From NCBI GenBank assembly GCA_964594455.1, contig CAZQLY010000005.1, positions 1,682-65,681 of the forward strand: 64,000 nucleotides of DNA, in the 5' to 3' direction. The notes below the pieces were generated by a model. It searched no databases. It was given only the letters and a program-made list of their open reading frames with translations, and was not told the origin of the DNA. The first letter of the stretch is position 1. Every line of letters begins with the position of its first letter. Shown here piece by piece: positions 48,555-57,731 of the stretch. Both the position numbers and the translations under genes were made by a program. Origin of the DNA: an uncultured Gammaproteobacteria bacterium (GTDB lineage Bacteria; Patescibacteriota; Patescibacteriia; JAHIZJ01).

Positions 48555-50355
48555 TGTTTTTCTTCTTATTGTTTCTTGATTTATTTGAAGGTTTTTTGCG
48601 GTCCTTTTTATTCATCAGGTAAACAATCATTACCAGCAAGGCGGCGCTCAGAAATAAACCCGTAGCGAGCACTAGATAAAACCCAAGCCGATTAGCCTCT
48701 GAGTTATCTGGAGCGTTGACAGGTTCATTATTGTCAGCCTTACGCAATACCAAATCACTATCCATCTCGCTAACAGACATATAGCGCGTGAGTTTGGTCA
48801 AAAAGTACTTATTTTTTGTTACATCTATCCAGGATTGTAATTTTTCGTCAAAAGCTAAGTCCCTGACTTCATCGGCTGTCAACCAGCCTGCATAGGAGGT
48901 ATCAAAGCCCGGCAGAGTATATTTATTGTCTGTAATAACATACAAAACCAGATACATGGAAGTCGGAATAGAGATGCTGTGTTCATAATCAGCTTTTGTT
49001 GTTTGCGAGATATATGTGAATAATCCTGTCTCTCCGCCCAACCTGGTATATTGAAGGTTTTTTTCAAAAGACGCTGACCACAGCAAAGAATCATAAAGAG
49101 CATAGGACCCCTGGCTATAGCTTTCAGCTATTTGAGCGGCAGTCAATGGCTCCTGGAAAACGGCCAGCTCATCAATGGAACCATTCAAGGAGCTAAGAGT
49201 TAAATTAAGACCATCTTGACCGATATATATAATTCCATCACTCAATGGACTGATTGCACCCGTGGCTTGAGCCTCATTTAAGCTAGATTGATCCGTTGTT
49301 GTTAATACACCACCATCAAAATAAAACTGCGGAGCCGAACCTTCGCTCCAGGTAACAGCTATATGATGCCAGCCATCGCTTCCAGATTCTTCAATATTCG
49401 CATCCCAACGAACTGTGGTGCTATCAACAGCTACTGTCTTGAATTGAAGGGTTGGGCCCCAAGAATTTATTGATAGGGCCTCTTGGCCATCAGCCCCGAC
49501 TACACTGAAATAATTACTAGGCTCAGCATAACTGTCTAGCTCGACATCTTTTACCCAAAAAGCTACGGTGCCTTTTTGGGCATTGAAATTGTTGGTCAAA
49601 GGCAACGAAACGATATCAGACTTGCTCAAAGACGCCGCATATCCAGAATGCCCGGTGATATATTTGGGTGCGCTTTTTACTGATTTCTCACTGGGGTCAT
49701 AATAACTCATCGCACCAGTAAGCTTCATGGGATAAACTATCTGATCAGTCTCAAACGCTATCTCTACTGGCGTGGCATGACCACTCTTCAGATCTTCAGA
49801 AACCATATCAGTCAACTCATCTGTCGCTATTTTCATAGCCACAAAGTACCAGTCGTTTTCCGTATAACTTTCCAGCAATCTATCAGCAGCGCTGGGATAG
49901 TTATAATCGTTCTGAGTGAGCCAATCTGACAGTGCAGTGGCGCTTCCAGCTTGAAGGGTCGTAACTTCATAATAATCTATTTTTTGCGTTTCGATGACTG
50001 ATACGCCTTGGTAATCCACTTCTGTCTTTTCTAAACGACCAGCTGAGTCATTCAAATCATAATAATAATCAGAAGTTAATTCCTCTAAAGAAGTAAAAAG
50101 CTCCTCAGATGATTTTGCCACTTCTGGCTGGCTAGGTACTGGAACCAGCCAACCAAAGTCTTCGGCATCACCTTCAAAACCGATGGAAATAACCAATGTT
50201 TCAACACCGTTCTCATAAAAAATAACAGCCTCCTGCCCTGTCTCATACATATTGTAGTCATACGGCGGCACTATCAACCCATCTGCTAAAACAGCAGTCG
50301 GAATGACTACCAAAGAAATTGCTACCACTAAGGCAAATCTTCTAAATAGTTTCAT
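48544..50355 (-). CDS. Secreted, C-terminally membrane-anchored protein with central LamG/concanavalin-A-like domain
   Basis: Signal peptide. LamG-like segment (GTVAFWVKDVELDS...GWHHIAVTWSEG...FYFDGG...IDELAVF). C-terminal TM helix followed by a Lys/Asn-rich tail. Confidence 0.4.
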   Translation of the reverse strand: MKLFRRFALVVAISLVVIPTAVLADGLIVPPYDYNMYETGQEAVIFYENGVETLVISIGFEGDAEDFGWLVPVPSQPEVAKSSEELFTSLEELTSDYYYDLNDSAGRLEKTEVDYQGVSVIETQKIDYYEVTTLQAGSATALSDWLTQNDYNYPSAADRLLESYTENDWYFVAMKIATDELTDMVSEDLKSGHATPVEIAFETDQIVYPMKLTGAMSYYDPSEKSVKSAPKYITGHSGYAASLSKSDIVSLPLTNNFNAQKGTVAFWVKDVELDSYAEPSNYFSVVGADGQEALSINSWGPTLQFKTVAVDSTTVRWDANIEESGSDGWHHIAVTWSEGSAPQFYFDGGVLTTTDQSSLNEAQATGAISPLSDGIIYIGQDGLNLTLSSLNGSIDELAVFQEPLTAAQIAESYSQGSYALYDSLLWSASFEKNLQYTRLGGETGLFTYISQTTKADYEHSISIPTSMYLVLYVITDNKYTLPGFDTSYAGWLTADEVRDLAFDEKLQSWIDVTKNKYFLTKLTRYMSVSEMDSDLVLRKADNNEPVNAPDNSEANRLGFYLVLATGLFLSAALLVMIVYLMNKKDRKKPSNKSRNNKKKNNGQ

Positions 50356-50675
50356 TTTTTATTCCTCCGTTCTTTAATATGCAAGGGCAATAATTGTTGC
50401 TGACCTTGTAATTTTTTGGCCAAACGACGACCCATAGGTGTCAGCTTTACTTCTCTGATAAACCACTTATGAGGCGTCCGCCGGCCAAACCCGATCATTA
50501 ATTCTTTATCTATTAAACGTTCCAAACTTTTTGTAATGATGTTTTGCTGGTCCCCTTTTTTTGGTTTTTTTGATTGGGAATTATAAAACCTGTTGATTCC
50601 CTGGCGTGAATATACTTTTTCCTTACTAGTATAAACCTCTACTAGGATAAATTTTTGAAGCGGCGAAAGCCTCAT
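50352..50675 (-). CDS. Small basic hypothetical protein (possibly a wHTH-type DNA binder)
   Basis: 107 aa, Lys/Arg-rich. Overlaps its neighbours by 4 nt on each side. Confidence 0.3.
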   Translation of the reverse strand: MRLSPLQKFILVEVYTSKEKVYSRQGINRFYNSQSKKPKKGDQQNIITKSLERLIDKELMIGFGRRTPHKWFIREVKLTPMGRRLAKKLQGQQQLLPLHIKERRNKK

Positions 50676-52090
50676 TCTGGTTTATCAATTTTGATGCCTA
50701 ACTCCCTGAGCTGAGCTGGTTTTACTTTTGAGGGAGCTCCCATCATCGGGTCACGAGCCTCGCTGGTCATAGGAAAGGCGATCATTTCTTTTACACTTGG
50801 TTCATTCAAGATTGCCATCAGCAAACGCTCTATACCTGGTGCGATTCCACCGTGGGGAGGAACTCCATAAGTAAAGGCGGTTAAAAGATGGCGAAACTGC
50901 TTTTTCTGATCTTTGTCAAAACCGATTATGTCAAAAACTTTTTCTTGAACCTCTGGCTGATGAATTCTGATGCTGCCGCCGCCCACTTCTAAGCCGTTAA
51001 GAACCAAATCGTGCTGATAGGAGCGAACTTTGGCTGGATCGCTGTCTAACAAAGGAATATCTTCCTCTTTTGGAGCAGTAAACATATGATGGCTCGGCGC
51101 CAGTTGGGATTCACCTGCCCCGTGGAAATAATCATCTTTGGTTTGCTTGACGAACAGTGGGAAATCTATCACCCAAGCAAAAGCTAATTCATTTTTATCG
51201 TTTTTATTCTTTCTTAAGTCAGGCTTATCTGAATTATGCTTCTTCATCGCTTCAGTATGAGTCAACCGCGGCCAAGGTATCTGGGTAATCTTTTTTTCAG
51301 GAAAAATCTGCTTGACCATTTCCGTAAACATTTGTTCGACCAGCTGCAAGATATCTTCTTGGGTCACAAAAGCCATTTCAATATCCAGCTGATAAAACTC
51401 ACCGGGACTGCGATCAGCTCGCGCCGCCTCATCTCTAAAGCACGGTGCTATTTGAAAATACCTTTCAAAACCAGCTACCATTAATAACTGCTTGTACTGT
51501 TGAGGTGATTGAGGTAAGGCAAAGAACTTTCCTTTGTGAACCCGTGATGGCACTAAAAAGTCACGCGCACCTTCAGGTGTTGATTTAGACAAAATCGGAG
51601 TTTGGATTTCGACAAACCCTTGCTGGCTCAGCTGATCCCGAAAGAATTGCGTCATCTGATGGCGCTTGGTAATATTATTCTTCATCCTTTCGTGACGGAG
51701 ATCCAAGTAGCGATGTTTCAATCTTAATTCTTCTGAGGCTTGGCGCTCTTCGTTGACTATTTCAAACGGCGGTGTTTTTGATTCGCTGATAATTGATAAT
51801 TCTTCAGCATTAACTTCAACCTTGCCGGTCAGCAAATTGGAATTAACATTCTTTTTATCGCGTTCGACAACTTTGCCCGTGACAGTAATAACAAACTCTG
51901 GCCTGACTTTTCTGGCCTGTTCATAAGCTCCCTTGGTATCAGGTGAGCACACTACCTGGAGTAAACCATCTTTATCTCTTAAATCTATAAAGACTATCTT
52001 ACCCAACCGGCGCACGGTATGAGCCCAACCGGAAAAAACGGCTGACTTACCGACTAACTTATTGGCTTCACTGGAAAATACTCTTTTCAT
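50672..52090 (-). CDS. aspS: Aspartyl-tRNA synthetase, short form lacking the GAD insertion domain
   Basis: Class IIb motifs: QSPQQYKQLLMVAGFERYFQIAPCFRDEAARADRSPGEFYQLDIEMAF (motif 2) and a GGGSIRIH-type motif 3. At 472 aa there is no room for a GAD domain. Confidence 0.8.
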   Translation of the reverse strand: MKRVFSSEANKLVGKSAVFSGWAHTVRRLGKIVFIDLRDKDGLLQVVCSPDTKGAYEQARKVRPEFVITVTGKVVERDKKNVNSNLLTGKVEVNAEELSIISESKTPPFEIVNEERQASEELRLKHRYLDLRHERMKNNITKRHQMTQFFRDQLSQQGFVEIQTPILSKSTPEGARDFLVPSRVHKGKFFALPQSPQQYKQLLMVAGFERYFQIAPCFRDEAARADRSPGEFYQLDIEMAFVTQEDILQLVEQMFTEMVKQIFPEKKITQIPWPRLTHTEAMKKHNSDKPDLRKNKNDKNELAFAWVIDFPLFVKQTKDDYFHGAGESQLAPSHHMFTAPKEEDIPLLDSDPAKVRSYQHDLVLNGLEVGGGSIRIHQPEVQEKVFDIIGFDKDQKKQFRHLLTAFTYGVPPHGGIAPGIERLLMAILNEPSVKEMIAFPMTSEARDPMMGAPSKVKPAQLRELGIKIDKPE

Positions 52091-53382
52091 TATGGATGAA
52101 TTCGATTTATTAATCGTGGAAAAGGAATGGTTTCTCTAACGTGGTCAAGGCCGCAAATCCAGGCTACGGTTCTTTCAATGCCTATTCCAAATCCTGAATG
52201 CGGGAATGAGCCATAGCGCCGAAGGTCTAAATACCACTCGAAATCTTGGCGCGGAAGCTTGTGCTCTTTGATCCTTTTTTCTAATAATTCTAAATTATCT
52301 ATTCGCTGAGAACCACCAATTATCTCGCCATATCCTTCAGGAGCTATCATGTCGTCATTCAGAACCAAATCTGGGTTTTCAGGGTCTGGTTGCATATAAA
52401 AAGCTTTTATCTTGGCCGGATAGTTGGTTATGAAAACTGGCTTGTCATATTGCTTGGACAGTACTGTTTCTTCGTCACCACCGAAATCATCCCCCATTTT
52501 TACTTTCATCCCGGCTTTTTGTAATTTTTCTATCGCTCCTTTATAAGTTATGCGGTTAAATGGGGCTTTGATTTTTTGCAATGGTTTAATATCACGTTCT
52601 AATGTTTCTAAATCATTCTGGCTTTCTTTTAAGACATTCTGGATTACATAGCTGATCATATCTTCTTGAATTTTCAGATTGCCTTCGTGATCCACAAAAG
52701 CCGCTTCAGCATCCAACATCCAGAATTCAGTCAGATGACGCCTAGTCTTTGACTTCTCAGAACGAAATGTCGGACCGAAATCGTATACCCTGCCCAAAGC
52801 TGCGGCCGTAGCTTCAATATACAACTGTCCGGATTGGGCTAGATACGCTTGAGTATTAAAATAATCTGTTTGAAAAAGCGTGGTCGTACCCTCACAAGAA
52901 GTCGGAGTTAGAATCGGCGAATCGGTTAAGACAAACCCATTCTCCTTAAAAAACTTGCGCAGCTGCCAGATTACTTCATCGCGAATACGCAAAATAGCTG
53001 TTTGACGCTTGGAGCGCAGCCAGAGATGACGATTATCCATCAAAAACTCAGTTCCGTGCGATTTTTTGGAGATGGGATAATCTTCGGCTATCTGAACGAC
53101 TTTAACCTCTTTGGCGTCCATTTCATAGCCAAAAGGCGAGCGTTTATCAGCCCGCGCCTGGCCCGTGATCTCGACTGAACTCTCCATAGTCATTTTTTGA
53201 CAAGCTTCCCAGGCTCCCCCTGAAACTTCTTTTTTTGAAACCACTACTTGAATCCGGCCAGTACCATCTCGAAATTGTAAAAAAAAGATACTGCCCGAGG
53301 AGCGTATGTTAAATACCCAACCTTTAAGCAGTACCTCCTTTTTTAAATTCTGCGCTATATCTGAAACTGGAATATATGACAT
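52090..53382 (-). CDS. asnS: Asparaginyl-tRNA synthetase
   Basis: GPTFRSEKSKTRRHLTEFWMLDAE (AsnRS-type motif 2) and a GFGIGIERTV-type motif 3. 430 aa. Confidence 0.8.
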   Translation of the reverse strand: MSYIPVSDIAQNLKKEVLLKGWVFNIRSSGSIFFLQFRDGTGRIQVVVSKKEVSGGAWEACQKMTMESSVEITGQARADKRSPFGYEMDAKEVKVVQIAEDYPISKKSHGTEFLMDNRHLWLRSKRQTAILRIRDEVIWQLRKFFKENGFVLTDSPILTPTSCEGTTTLFQTDYFNTQAYLAQSGQLYIEATAAALGRVYDFGPTFRSEKSKTRRHLTEFWMLDAEAAFVDHEGNLKIQEDMISYVIQNVLKESQNDLETLERDIKPLQKIKAPFNRITYKGAIEKLQKAGMKVKMGDDFGGDEETVLSKQYDKPVFITNYPAKIKAFYMQPDPENPDLVLNDDMIAPEGYGEIIGGSQRIDNLELLEKRIKEHKLPRQDFEWYLDLRRYGSFPHSGFGIGIERTVAWICGLDHVRETIPFPRLINRIHP

Positions 53383-53418
53383 TTATAGTATGTGTTAATC
53401 CACCCAATTATAGCGATT

Positions 53419-54051
53419 TTACGACTGTTTGTCAAAATCAACCCGGTGTCTATTCTTTTTCCAAAGAACGGCTATTATTACCCCAATTATAGTACCTAGT
53501 AAATTCCACATTAAGTCATCAGCTGTATCAAAAAGGTCTGTAACTCGGTGGGTTGGGAAAAAGCTATCGCCAACAAACTCTGAAATCTCATAAAGAACCG
53601 ATAAAAGCACCACTAGAGCTACCGTGACTAAGTGCCTTAACCAAACTGGCATAAATATTAATCCTCTTTTATCTAATTCATACAGAATTATCCAAACTAC
53701 AACCGCCGGAGCAATGGAACTAACACCATGAGCTAATTTGTCCCACCAAAGAATGTCACCAAATAAATGCAAGAAATTACCCATGGCATCAGCCCAAATA
53801 CTCATAGCCACCAGCCAAGATGCGATCCAGGGAAGAATGATGCCCCTTTTTTTCAGTTTCAAAAATACAATCAGATATACTCCCCCTCCCACGATGTTGG
53901 TGACCGACAAAGCTACTTGCCTGGAATAACTATCATAATGCGTAGCCAGCTCAATAACTAACAATACTACCAGAGACAAAAAAGCTACAAAAGTTAAAAT
54001 ATTATTTCTTTTCATGAGGGGCATGTGTATACCTATATTTGATAATTTCAA
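53419..54051 (-). CDS. Integral membrane protein
   Basis: Six hydrophobic helices. Overlaps the P-type ATPase gene end by 50 nt. Confidence 0.35.
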   Translation of the reverse strand: MKLSNIGIHMPLMKRNNILTFVAFLSLVVLLVIELATHYDSYSRQVALSVTNIVGGGVYLIVFLKLKKRGIILPWIASWLVAMSIWADAMGNFLHLFGDILWWDKLAHGVSSIAPAVVVWIILYELDKRGLIFMPVWLRHLVTVALVVLLSVLYEISEFVGDSFFPTHRVTDLFDTADDLMWNLLGTIIGVIIAVLWKKNRHRVDFDKQS

Positions 54052-56683
54052 TAAAGAAGATAACTATGAACACCCCAATTCCTATTACACCCCAATGACC
54101 CAGGTTTAATGGAACCGTTTTTAAAATGTTCTGTAGGAATGGTGTGTAAATAGCAGCTAACTGCAGAAAAGCGGCTGCTACGACCGCAATGATCAGCCAT
54201 GGGTTGGTAAGTGGGTTACTTTTCAATATTGAGGTCTTAAGTGATCGACAGCTGTAGACATAAAAAAGTGAGTCTATAGCAACCAACGTAAATGTCATAG
54301 TACGCGCCAATTCTAGATCACCTTGATAATGCCAATAATAATAAAAAATAGCTAAACCCATCAAGCCAGAAATTAGACTCGTTGCAATTATTAAGGTTTT
54401 TATCTCTGAATTAATGATAGGGGCCTTACGATGAATCGGCGGTCTAGACATAACATTTTTCTCACCCGGATCAACGGTAAGTGCAATATCAGGAAATCCA
54501 TCAGTAACAAGATTTACCCAAAGAATCTGGGCAGCCAGTAACGGCAAGGGCATACCTACAATTAATGCTCCGACTATTATAACTACTTCCGAAAAGCTGT
54601 CAGAAAGTAAATATAAAACAACCTTACGGATATTTTCAAAAACCACCCTGCCTTGCCGAACAGCTGAAACTATCGTATTGAAATTATCATCCAAAATGAC
54701 AAGACTGGCGGTTTCTTTCGTAATATCAGTGCCAGAACCAATCGCTACTCCGATATCAGCCGAGCGTAAAGCCGGAGCATCGTTAACTCCGTCCCCTGTC
54801 ATGGCTACGACTTCTCCATTAGCTTGCCAGGCGTCTACTATTCTCAATTTATCTTTAGGAGTAACCCGCGCATAAACCGAAATATCTTTTACCTTTTTCT
54901 GTAGCTGTGTATTATTCAAATTTTCCAAATCGCTACCCTCAATAATATTTTCTGACTTGGCTGGCAGGCCTAATTCCTGGGCAATCGCCTGGGCAGTTAA
55001 TTTATGATCACCGGTTATCATGACAGTTTTTATGCCGGCTTTGTTACACAGTGATATAGTCTCCTTAGCTTCCTTACGAAGCGGGTCTTTAATACCCATT
55101 AAACCAACAAAAACAAAATCCTCATACAAACTTGGTTTCTCTTCAAGTTTTTTCATGTCGGCGGCCGCCGGCTTATAGGCTAGAGCAATAATTCTTAACC
55201 CCTTGTTGCTCAGATATTCATAACGTTTTTGCAATTTTTTTCGACGCTGCGAACTTAGGCTCTCAATCTTGCCGTCAATATCCACCCGATCTGACATTTC
55301 CAACACTTTCTCCGGCGCTCCTTTCATTAAAACTATATTATGGGTTTTTGTGTCCTTATGCAGTGTCATCATAAACTTGCGCTCAGAATTAAACTGTATC
55401 GTATCTATTCTGGGTTTAACTTTTTCCAAATTGCTCCGGTTAAGACCAAAAGTACTGCCCGCTAGAATTAACGCTTTTTCCGTTGGGTTGCCAAAAATTA
55501 CCCAGTTTTTCAAATCACTGTATTCATTTTCGATATGTGCGTCATTGCACAATACACCAATCTCCAATGCACGCATATAACTAGCGTGCTGGCTGATCTC
55601 TTTTATATGCGTTTTAAACTTGTCCGAATCTGTATCAAAATCCTGGTTATTAGTTATGATCCGAGCAACTCTCATAGAGCCTTCAGTCAACGTCCCTGTT
55701 TTATCGGTACAGATGACTGTGGTCGAACCCAGTGTTTCAGCCGCCACTAATTTTCTAACTAGCCCCTTGCGTTTTAGTATCCGTTGCATACCAATAGCTA
55801 AAATAACAGTAACGCCCACGGCTAAACCTTCAGGTATCGCAGCAACTGCAATGGCCACAGATGTGGTGAACATTTCAGTGAATCCATGATTAGTTAACAT
55901 TCCGACACCAAAAATAACCAGGCTGATTAATAAAATAAAACCGCCCAGAAACTTACTCATAGATGACAAGCGCTTCTGTAAGGGGGTTTGCTCCTCCTTA
56001 GTTTCTTTGATTAATTGGGCAATCTTACCCAGCTCAGTTTCAATGCCAATATGGCAAACAACTCCCCTAGCCTGACCGCTTACCACGGTGGTACCCATAA
56101 AAGCCATGTTTACCCGATCAGCTAAAACTAATTCATCGGTGAGTGTTTTAGCGTCTTTGGAAACAGGGTGCGACTCTCCTGTTAGCCTAGCTTCATTAAT
56201 CTGCAGATTTGCGGATTCTAATAAACGAACATCAGCGGGCACCTTATCACCCGGCTCTAATGATATAACATCTCCTGGAACCAGGCCTTTGATATTAACG
56301 GATTTTTCTTCACCATCACGGATAACAAGTGCATTAAAATGCACTATTTTTTTTAGTTTTTCCATGGCTCGCATTGCCCGGTTTTCCTGAATAAAGCCAA
56401 CTATTATATTAATTACCACCGCAGCTAATATTACATACATGTCAACGTGGTCATCTAGCAATAAACTTATTCCAGCTGCAAAAAGTAAAATATAAACTAG
56501 AGGGCTGTTAAACTGCCTTAAAAACAAAATAATCCGGGAAGCCTTTTGCTTCTCTGGCAATGAGTTCGGTCCATACTTTTCCTGTCGAGCTTTTACTTCC
56601 TTTTCGGTCAAGCCAGTTTTTCTGGTCTTAAGAAGCTCAAAGACTTTTGTTTGATTTAGGTTGTACCAGGCCTGGGTTGTCAT
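54002..56683 (-). CDS. Cation-transporting P-type ATPase (P2-type, Ca2+-ATPase-like)
   Basis: DKTGTLT phosphorylation motif, TGES-like actuator motif, MITGDH, GDGVNDAPAL, and 10 TM helices. 893 aa. Confidence 0.8.
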   Translation of the reverse strand: MTTQAWYNLNQTKVFELLKTRKTGLTEKEVKARQEKYGPNSLPEKQKASRIILFLRQFNSPLVYILLFAAGISLLLDDHVDMYVILAAVVINIIVGFIQENRAMRAMEKLKKIVHFNALVIRDGEEKSVNIKGLVPGDVISLEPGDKVPADVRLLESANLQINEARLTGESHPVSKDAKTLTDELVLADRVNMAFMGTTVVSGQARGVVCHIGIETELGKIAQLIKETKEEQTPLQKRLSSMSKFLGGFILLISLVIFGVGMLTNHGFTEMFTTSVAIAVAAIPEGLAVGVTVILAIGMQRILKRKGLVRKLVAAETLGSTTVICTDKTGTLTEGSMRVARIITNNQDFDTDSDKFKTHIKEISQHASYMRALEIGVLCNDAHIENEYSDLKNWVIFGNPTEKALILAGSTFGLNRSNLEKVKPRIDTIQFNSERKFMMTLHKDTKTHNIVLMKGAPEKVLEMSDRVDIDGKIESLSSQRRKKLQKRYEYLSNKGLRIIALAYKPAAADMKKLEEKPSLYEDFVFVGLMGIKDPLRKEAKETISLCNKAGIKTVMITGDHKLTAQAIAQELGLPAKSENIIEGSDLENLNNTQLQKKVKDISVYARVTPKDKLRIVDAWQANGEVVAMTGDGVNDAPALRSADIGVAIGSGTDITKETASLVILDDNFNTIVSAVRQGRVVFENIRKVVLYLLSDSFSEVVIIVGALIVGMPLPLLAAQILWVNLVTDGFPDIALTVDPGEKNVMSRPPIHRKAPIINSEIKTLIIATSLISGLMGLAIFYYYWHYQGDLELARTMTFTLVAIDSLFYVYSCRSLKTSILKSNPLTNPWLIIAVVAAAFLQLAAIYTPFLQNILKTVPLNLGHWGVIGIGVFIVIFFIEIIKYRYTHAPHEKK

Positions 56684-56778
56684 AGCTTTTTTATTATACC
56701 AAAATATTGCCTTTCTTTCAATTATAGGCTCTTGCCAAATAATATTTATTCTGCTAGTATAGGAAAAGTTTCAAACAC

Positions 56779-56838
56779 GCGCCGTTAGCTCAGTTGGCCC
56801 GCCTCGCCGAGACGGCAAGTCGAGGCGGGTAGAGCAGT
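56779..56838 (+). pseudogene. 5' fragment of tRNA-Lys (positions about 1-26), duplicated 254 nt upstream of the intact gene, with a 32-nt GC hairpin inserted in the D-loop after G18G19
   Basis: GCGCCGTTAGCTCAGTTGG-[hairpin]-TAGAGCAGT is identical to 57093-57119 apart from the insert. Similarity also extends about 5 nt upstream (CAACACGC). Confidence 0.55.
56798..56829 (+). repeat. GC hairpin element CCCGCCTCG-CCGAGACGGCAAGT-CGAGGCGGG
   Basis: Perfect 9-bp inverted repeat. Family member. Confidence 0.7.
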
Positions 56839-56844
56839 TATTAA

Positions 56845-57102
56845 ATGATTGCTACTTACATACTGTTTAGCCAAAAAGACAGAAAAACATACGTCGGGTA
56901 TTCTTGTAATTTAACAGATAGGTTAAGAAATCATAGACTGGGACTAGTCTCAGCAACTAGAAATAGACGACCGTTGTCGCTTATAGCTTATCGACCTGCT
57001 AGTAATATCGAAGACGCAAGAAAAATAGAAAAATATTGGAAAACAGCGTCAGGGCGCAGATTCCTTAAAAAAATACTTATAGATATCAACACGCGCCGTT
57101 AG
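56845..57102 (+). CDS. Small GIY-YIG domain nuclease (85 aa, catalytic domain only)
   Basis: TYILFSQKDRKTYVGYSCNLTDRLRNH matches GIY...YIG...R..H. A downstream Glu (IEKYWK) is present. The last four codons and the stop (AAC ACG CGC CGT TAG) are the 5' end of the tRNA-Lys gene. Confidence 0.6.
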   Translation: MIATYILFSQKDRKTYVGYSCNLTDRLRNHRLGLVSATRNRRPLSLIAYRPASNIEDARKIEKYWKTASGRRFLKKILIDINTRR

Positions 57103-57168
57103 CTCAGTTGGTAGAGCAGTGGCCTTTTAAGCCAACGGTCGGGGGTTCGAATCCCTCACGGCGCACCA
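57093..57168 (+). tRNA. tRNA-Lys (anticodon UUU), intact
   Basis: GCGCCGTTAGCTCAGTTGGTAGAGCAGTGGCCTTTTAAGCCAACGGTCGGGGGTTCGAATCCCTCACGGCGCACCA. Cloverleaf pairs and CCA is encoded. Confidence 0.9.
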
Positions 57169-57172
57169 GTAA

Positions 57173-57198
57173 AAAACGCCATTGGGGCGTGTTTTTAT
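57173..57198 (+). terminator. Rho-independent terminator after tRNA-Lys
   Basis: AAACGCC-ATTG-GGGCGTG hairpin followed by TTTTTATTT. Confidence 0.5.
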
Positions 57199-57233
57199 TT
57201 GACTAGAATCCCCATCTAAGTCATCATTAAAGT

Positions 57234-57731
57234 ATGGAAGAAATAACCATAAAACAGCTAGAAGAAAAAGCTCAAGAATTGCAGAACGCTGAAAAACGCT
57301 GGCATTTTCATATGCTGACTCCAGACTGTTTGTTTAACGAAAGTAATGACAAACATGCACTTGTAATAGAAGATACTACCGATGACCAGCAATATGTTGC
57401 TTATTCCAAAAACAGAGAGTTTGCGCTTGGTAAAAAGCTGCTCAAACTTCTTCATGGCGGCAAAGTTTTAACTAAATCAAAAAAACCATCCACTATAGAA
57501 AACCCGAACTTGCAGAAATTGATTGACCGAGCAAAGGATATAAATAAAAAGGGCCTACCCTGGCACCATCACGTTTTGTTCCCTGATTGTCAGTATAACG
57601 ACCGAGTAGGTCAATGGAATATAGTCATGGAGGATAAGGAGAAAGGCGAGCTGCTTGAGGCTTCATATGATTTAGAGCCAACCAACGATCAGAATATCAT
57701 CGAACAACTTTTCTACGATCAAAAAGAATAA
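57234..57731 (+). CDS. Hypothetical protein with tandem WHxH-hLxPDC repeat
   Basis: Two copies of an approximately 37-aa module (RWHFHMLTPDCLFNESNDKHALVIEDTTDDQQYVAY / PWHHHVLFPDCQYNDRVGQWNIVMEDKEKGELLEASY). Confidence 0.4.
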   Translation: MEEITIKQLEEKAQELQNAEKRWHFHMLTPDCLFNESNDKHALVIEDTTDDQQYVAYSKNREFALGKKLLKLLHGGKVLTKSKKPSTIENPNLQKLIDRAKDINKKGLPWHHHVLFPDCQYNDRVGQWNIVMEDKEKGELLEASYDLEPTNDQNIIEQLFYDQKE

